A stretch of 63,612 nt of DNA, counting the filler. It is 6 parts of 6 records of this genome, joined end to end, with 100 filler letters (N's around TTAATTAATTAA, not from the genome) between each part and the next. Parts side by side here need not be neighbours in the genome. Positions count along the whole stretch, not along the records: positions 55,581 to 63,612 come from SRR31156797_52468; 5 more parts are not named here. One strand, 5' to 3'. The translations under genes were made by a program, and so were the position numbers. How positions within the stretch are numbered: position 1 is the stretch's first letter; each line of letters opens with the position of its first letter. The notes under the pieces are model-generated. The model saw only the letters and a program-made list of their open reading frames with translations, searched no databases and was not told the DNA's origin. This document shows, one piece after another, positions 58,752-63,612 of the stretch.

Positions 58752-61033
58752 TATGCTTCAACCTTTTGGATTTGTACCTTTTTATATCTATAACCATCTT
58801 CAATTAGATCATTGTGAAAATTGTTATCAAACGTAGGATATAAGGCTACGGTACCTTTTATATTTTTATCAATTTTAAATACTTTTTTTGTAATTTGATT
58901 ATTATAGCTTATGTTAACTTCATCTCCGTCTTTTATCTTTGCCGCTGTAGCAAAGGCTGCACTTCCTCGAAGTTGCTTGTTTGTTTGAAGGAGTAAAGAC
59001 TTACCTGTATTTTTATTAAATTGATGTAATGGCTCACATCTATAAACTATTGTTCCATTATAAGTTTCAATATCTGAGATTTCTTCTAAAGAGATATTTT
59101 CATCTGCTTTTTCTATTGCGTCTAGATTCAGATAGTACCCTCTTTTATCATTTCCTCTTTTATCGTATCCATTTTGTAAAGAATCAAATTCCATAGAGAT
59201 AAAACCTTTATTTTTAGGTAATATTGAAGTATATTCAATAGTATTATGTTTTTTCTCTTTTAAAATCTCATTAGCGATATCATTCAAACAATATCCATCA
59301 AAACTCAAAGCAACATTTGTATTGACTACTTTTTTATCAATATTTACAAATGTTCCCTCTTGTTGATTTAAAGCTGGTACTTCAATATCTCCAACACCAC
59401 TACTACTAATGATAAAATCACCCTCTTCATTATATCCAACTACTTTAGAGCCAATCTCACTATCAAGATCACAGATCAAACTCACCCCTAAAGTATTTGT
59501 TTGAGATGGGATAATAACTACTTTAAAGTCTGTATATCTATTAATAGCTCCAGCTAATTTTGCAATTTGAGAAGCTCTTGGGTGTGCTAAAAGATCTTCA
59601 CCAAGTACAAGAGTTTTATTTTTTCTTCTTATGAGTTTTTTGCTAATAAGTTCAAACTCTTCCTCACCAACACTACACTCACCACTTAAATATCCAATAT
59701 CAAGATCATCAAAATACTCTTTTAATTCACTTGGTATCTCTTTAATAAGATAGCTAGCAAGCATTGCCATTACACCCTCTTCACTTCCCACTTCATATTT
59801 TACAAATTGGTTGTATTTATTTTGTAAGGCAATATCATCAATTGGATGCATATAGATAAAATCTGCTCTTTGTTTTTTTGTTGCAATATTTACTGAATAT
59901 TTTACGACTGGATTATCTCTACTAATTCTAGTTCCAATCATAATAATAGCATCACTTTTTCTAATAGTCTCATTTGTACCGTCATATAAAGCTTTAGCAC
60001 TAATAGTTTCATAGTTTTTAATAAAATTTTGAAAATTCATAGCATCTGGATTTACAAGTTTTATTCCAGTTTGCTCTTTTAGCTTTTGTAAGATCATCGC
60101 TTCTTCATTTGTAATAAAAGAATTAAATCGAATAGCATCACTCTTTTTTATAGCTTCAACTGCAGATGCAAGTTTCTGTGGATCTTTTCCCGTCTCTTGA
60201 TTTTCAAAATGGAAACCAAATCTTCCAGCTCCACATATCTCACTAAATTCAAAATCGTTTGTTACTCTAGTGATCTTCTTTTCATATGGATTAGAAACTC
60301 CAGCATGTTTTACTTCATAATATAAGGCACATCCACTACTACAGTGAGCACAGGTCGCTGGAACTTTTCCAGACTCCCATGAGTTTGAAGTATATTTATA
60401 TTCATTTGAGATCAATGCTCCAACAGGACATACAGAGATACAATCTCCACACTGTTCACAACGTGAAAATTTCATATCTATAATAGACTTATATCCACCT
60501 GGTTTTACATATAGTGCAGCACTCCCAATCACTTCATTACAAGTATGTACACACTTTTCACACATGATACATAAAGATGGATCGTATCCTAAGATTCCCC
60601 ATTTTTTCTTTTTTCTTGCAGGTTCTTTTACTGCAAACTCTTGAGAATCTACTGCAAACTCTAAGGTTTTATTTTGAAGATCACATTCCCCACTTTTATC
60701 ACAAACTCCACATTGTAATGGATGATTTACATCATACATCTTCATAATATTTTGTCTATGTTTAAAAAGTTCAGGATTATTTGTAATAATATTAGCACCA
60801 TCTACTGCTTTTTCTTGACAAGAAAGCACGTGTCCATCTACACCTTCAACTTCAACTACACACATTCTACATGCAGTAATTGGAGATACTTTTGTAAGAT
60901 AACACATAGTTGGGATATAGATATCATTTGCTCTAGCAATATCTAGGATAGTTTCCCCATATACTCCTGTGCACTCTACACCATCAATAGTGATAGTAAT
61001 TACTTTTCCTCTATGTTGTACTCGTTCGCTCAT
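58751..61033 (-). CDS. nuoG: Second NuoG-like Fe-S subunit (possible SfrA-like partner)
   Basis: ACRMCVVE, HPLQCGVCDKSGEC, CEQCGDCISVCP, intact CAHCSSGC...C; ATG 61033 overlaps the upstream TGA. Confidence 0.85.
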   Translation of the reverse strand: MSERVQHRGKVITITIDGVECTGVYGETILDIARANDIYIPTMCYLTKVSPITACRMCVVEVEGVDGHVLSCQEKAVDGANIITNNPELFKHRQNIMKMYDVNHPLQCGVCDKSGECDLQNKTLEFAVDSQEFAVKEPARKKKKWGILGYDPSLCIMCEKCVHTCNEVIGSAALYVKPGGYKSIIDMKFSRCEQCGDCISVCPVGALISNEYKYTSNSWESGKVPATCAHCSSGCALYYEVKHAGVSNPYEKKITRVTNDFEFSEICGAGRFGFHFENQETGKDPQKLASAVEAIKKSDAIRFNSFITNEEAMILQKLKEQTGIKLVNPDAMNFQNFIKNYETISAKALYDGTNETIRKSDAIIMIGTRISRDNPVVKYSVNIATKKQRADFIYMHPIDDIALQNKYNQFVKYEVGSEEGVMAMLASYLIKEIPSELKEYFDDLDIGYLSGECSVGEEEFELISKKLIRRKNKTLVLGEDLLAHPRASQIAKLAGAINRYTDFKVVIIPSQTNTLGVSLICDLDSEIGSKVVGYNEEGDFIISSSGVGDIEVPALNQQEGTFVNIDKKVVNTNVALSFDGYCLNDIANEILKEKKHNTIEYTSILPKNKGFISMEFDSLQNGYDKRGNDKRGYYLNLDAIEKADENISLEEISDIETYNGTIVYRCEPLHQFNKNTGKSLLLQTNKQLRGSAAFATAAKIKDGDEVNISYNNQITKKVFKIDKNIKGTVALYPTFDNNFHNDLIEDGYRYKKVQIQKVEA

Positions 61034-63042
61034 ACTGCCACCATCCCTAGGTAATAACATCTCATACATCTCTCAGCTTCAGCTTGTGCTTCTTCGGCTG
61101 TAAATCCAAGGTTTACCTCTTTATTATTATCTTTTCGAATTTCAGTTGCAAGCTTTTCACTCTCTTCTCGTGGAAGCCCAGGCATCCATCCAGTGATCTT
61201 TTCAGCTTTGTTATACACTTTCATTCTATTCATGTGATCTTCCATGATCTCATTATCTAAAAGTGAACACTCACCATTATAGATATATCTTGAGATAACT
61301 GAAGCTGCTCTTTTTGCTTGACCAACTGCATTTACAATAGTCATTGGACCATATTCACAGTCTCCTGCAGCAAAAAGCCCTTCTTTATTTGTCATATAAT
61401 CTTTACCATTTGTTTGGATCGATGACCATGATGTCATCTCTATATTCCACTCTTCAGGGATAATTTGAAGATCTAATGCTTGAGATACTGCTGGAACAAC
61501 GTAATCACATTCAATCTTCTCTGAAGCACCTTCAATCTTTACAAGCTGTGGTCTTCCACCATTTGGATCTGGAACTTGTTCATACTTATCTACAATAACT
61601 GCCGTGATCTTTCCATTATCATCAATAATAGTATCAATTGCAGAATAGAAAATAAACTCTACTCCCTCCTCAACAGCTTCTGTGTACTCTTCTAAAGTTG
61701 TATTTCTAATGATCGTTTTTTCATCACGTCTATAGAGCATCACTACTCTTTTTGCACCCTCTCTAATTGAACATCTTACAACATCCATAGAGGTAAATCC
61801 ACCACCGACACATACAACTGTTTTATCTTTAAGCTCAACTGATGCAGACTCACCGATCCCATATTTATTCCAAAGGTTTACTTTATCAAGCATCTCAATT
61901 GCTCCCCAGTACCCTTCAAAACTTGGATCTTCATTTTCACATCTGATTTTTTTAGAAAGTCTTGCTCCAAAAGCTAAAAGCGTTGCATCAAACTCTTCAT
62001 GGATCTCTTTTAATCTATTGGCATCTACTCTATGATTTCGAATAATCTCTACAGACGGCAAGTCTTCAACTAACTGAATATCTATATTATATTTTTCTAC
62101 AGGCATTCTATATTGAGGAACTCCAACTGCAACCTCTCCACCAAGAACTGGAAGCTCTTCAAAGATAGTTACTGAGATCCCTTCAATTCCTAGATAATAT
62201 GCAGCTGTAAGTCCAGCAGGTCCCGCTCCAATAATCGCAACTTTTTTTCCATCATTTCTAGGCTTTTTAGGCTTTACTGGATGAAACCATTCAAGTTCAT
62301 GATCAGTTTCATAATCAGCCCCTATTCTTTTAAGCTCCATAATAGAGATAGGGTCATCTAGATTTCCTCTTCTACATGCATCTTCACATGGATGAGGACA
62401 CACTCTACCACATGTATGTGATAAAGGCATTGTTTGTCTTGTTGATTTTAAAGAGTTTTCAAAATCAAGCTCCCTTACCCCTTCAATATATCCTGGAATA
62501 TCCACATGGGCTGGACACATATCTGTACATGGTGCAGTTACATTGGCGATATATTTTTCATCATTTGTTTCATACCAAGGAGACTTGCTTTTATTTTCTA
62601 TTAAAGAGATAAATTGATCTTCAAATGCTTCAATCATAGCTAAAATAGGGACTGGTACAGTTTTTCCTATCTCACATTTACTTGTAGCAGTCATCGTAGA
62701 ACTTATCTCTTTAATATGTTCTAGATCACTTCGCTCACCCTCACCTCTAGCAATCTTATCAAGCATATCAAAAAGGATCTGTCCACCCCATCGTCCAGGA
62801 GTACATCTACCACATGCCTCACTGTACTCTTGATACTGTCTTGCATAATTCATCGCTAGCTTTACAACATCCACATCTTGCTCAAAAAGGGCAAATCCAT
62901 CCCATCCTACAAATGCTTTTGTTGTCTCACTACTTGTATAATTTACAGGGAGTTTTGCAGATACATCCGCCCACTCTTCAGCAGACACACCTCTATTATC
63001 AACAATCTCTCCTTGCCAATTAGAATAATACACTTTACTCAA
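61030..63042 (-). CDS. SfrB/GltD-like FAD Fe-S NAD(P)H oxidoreductase with N-terminal NuoF-like Fe-S domain
   Basis: AFVGWDG, CGRCTPG..KC, APCTDMCPAHVDIPGYI, CGRVCPHPCE, GAGPAG, VGGGFT, LYRR, EAERCMRC; TTG start after GGAAGGA. Confidence 0.85.
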   Translation of the reverse strand: MSKVYYSNWQGEIVDNRGVSAEEWADVSAKLPVNYTSSETTKAFVGWDGFALFEQDVDVVKLAMNYARQYQEYSEACGRCTPGRWGGQILFDMLDKIARGEGERSDLEHIKEISSTMTATSKCEIGKTVPVPILAMIEAFEDQFISLIENKSKSPWYETNDEKYIANVTAPCTDMCPAHVDIPGYIEGVRELDFENSLKSTRQTMPLSHTCGRVCPHPCEDACRRGNLDDPISIMELKRIGADYETDHELEWFHPVKPKKPRNDGKKVAIIGAGPAGLTAAYYLGIEGISVTIFEELPVLGGEVAVGVPQYRMPVEKYNIDIQLVEDLPSVEIIRNHRVDANRLKEIHEEFDATLLAFGARLSKKIRCENEDPSFEGYWGAIEMLDKVNLWNKYGIGESASVELKDKTVVCVGGGFTSMDVVRCSIREGAKRVVMLYRRDEKTIIRNTTLEEYTEAVEEGVEFIFYSAIDTIIDDNGKITAVIVDKYEQVPDPNGGRPQLVKIEGASEKIECDYVVPAVSQALDLQIIPEEWNIEMTSWSSIQTNGKDYMTNKEGLFAAGDCEYGPMTIVNAVGQAKRAASVISRYIYNGECSLLDNEIMEDHMNRMKVYNKAEKITGWMPGLPREESEKLATEIRKDNNKEVNLGFTAEEAQAEAERCMRCYYLGMVAV

Positions 63043-63066
63043 AACAAATCCTTCCACTAAAGAGTA

Positions 63067-63345
63067 CTACTCTGTAGCTTCTTCCTCTTCACTTACAGGA
63101 AGTTCATCAACCGGTGGTTGCTCTTTTTTAATAACTACTGTCCAGTCAACCTCATTGAATTTTAAAGAGTTCATTAATCTCCAGTTATTCTCTTTTACCG
63201 TATCAGTTGCTGCTTGAACTGAAGAAAAGTCACCGATCTCAAAAAGAAAAATACCATTTTCCCCTTCAGAAATTTCACTATTCATTAGTTCAACCATTCT
63301 TGGGATAAAGTTCTCTTTATGCCCTCTTAAATCATATCTTTTCAT
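63067..63345 (-). CDS. Campylobacterota NuoE-substitute small subunit
   Basis: MKRYDLR...FLFEIGDFS...LMNSLKFNEVDWTVVIKK; directly after nuoD; contains no Cys. Confidence 0.8.
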   Translation of the reverse strand: MKRYDLRGHKENFIPRMVELMNSEISEGENGIFLFEIGDFSSVQAATDTVKENNWRLMNSLKFNEVDWTVVIKKEQPPVDELPVSEEEEATE

Positions 63346-63612
63346 TACCTATCAATCTCCCCAAATACAATATTAAGGTTACCAATAATTGTAACAACAT
63401 CGGCTAACTGGTGACCTGGTAGCATATCTTGTAATAATCCTGTATGCCAAAAACTTGGAGCTCTACATTTTAACTTGTATGGATAAGGTGATCCATCACT
63501 TACGATATAAAATCCTAACTCCCCTTTTGGAGACTCAGTAGCAACGTAAACTTCACCAACTGGTGGTCTCATCCCTTGTGTTACTAATACAAAGTGTTGC
63601 ATTAAAGAGTAG
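63345..63612 (-). CDS. nuoD: Complex I subunit NuoD, C-terminal part
   Basis: [21 protein letters not shown]. Confidence 0.93.
   Translation of the reverse strand, partial: YSLMQHFVLVTQGMRPPVGEVYVATESPKGELGFYIVSDGSPYPYKLKCRAPSFWHTGLLQDMLPGHQLADVVTIIGNLNIVFGEIDR

Noticed and set aside
1-63612. CRISPR arrays, rRNA, intact transposases or integrases, prophage genes
   Set aside because: None seen on reading; a dedicated tool scan was not possible.

Overview
The window is not one locus. It is six unrelated contigs joined by 100-nt N/TTAATTAATTAA linkers at 19812-19911, 32928-33027, 38072-38171, 44420-44519 and 55481-55580. Taxonomic labels below are inferred from protein style. (1) 1-19811, Desulfobulbales-like: a phosphate-starvation cluster (two Pst permease sets, three PstS, one PstB, phoU, phoBR) with a recurring 11-bp-periodic Pho-box-like motif, plus a PFK, a stand-alone caspase/CHAT-like protein, a Fic-like protein lacking the catalytic His at the end of the pst run, and an oadGAB Na+-decarboxylase. 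(2) 19912-32927, GC-rich, Desulfobacterales-like: NtrC-type regulator fragment, SahR-like regulator with metH, a DUF362/polyferredoxin pair, and a DUF3141 (PHA-synthase-like)-MaoC/phosphate acyltransferase-acetate kinase operon. (3) 33028-38071: a tRNA-Leu 3' end and a 1553-aa secreted WD40-caspase protein. (4) 38172-44419, Methanosarcinaceae-like archaeal accessory genes. (5) 44520-55480, spirochaete housekeeping (pgk, gap, TPR, CBS, ybeY, HD, phoH, LptD-like). (6) 55581-63612, a Campylobacterota complex I operon with an SfrB-like NADPH flavoprotein and two tandem NuoG paralogs. The best candidates for undescribed biology are the pst-linked pseudo-Fic protein, the dual-input complex I, the DUF3141 operon and the two caspase-fold proteins.
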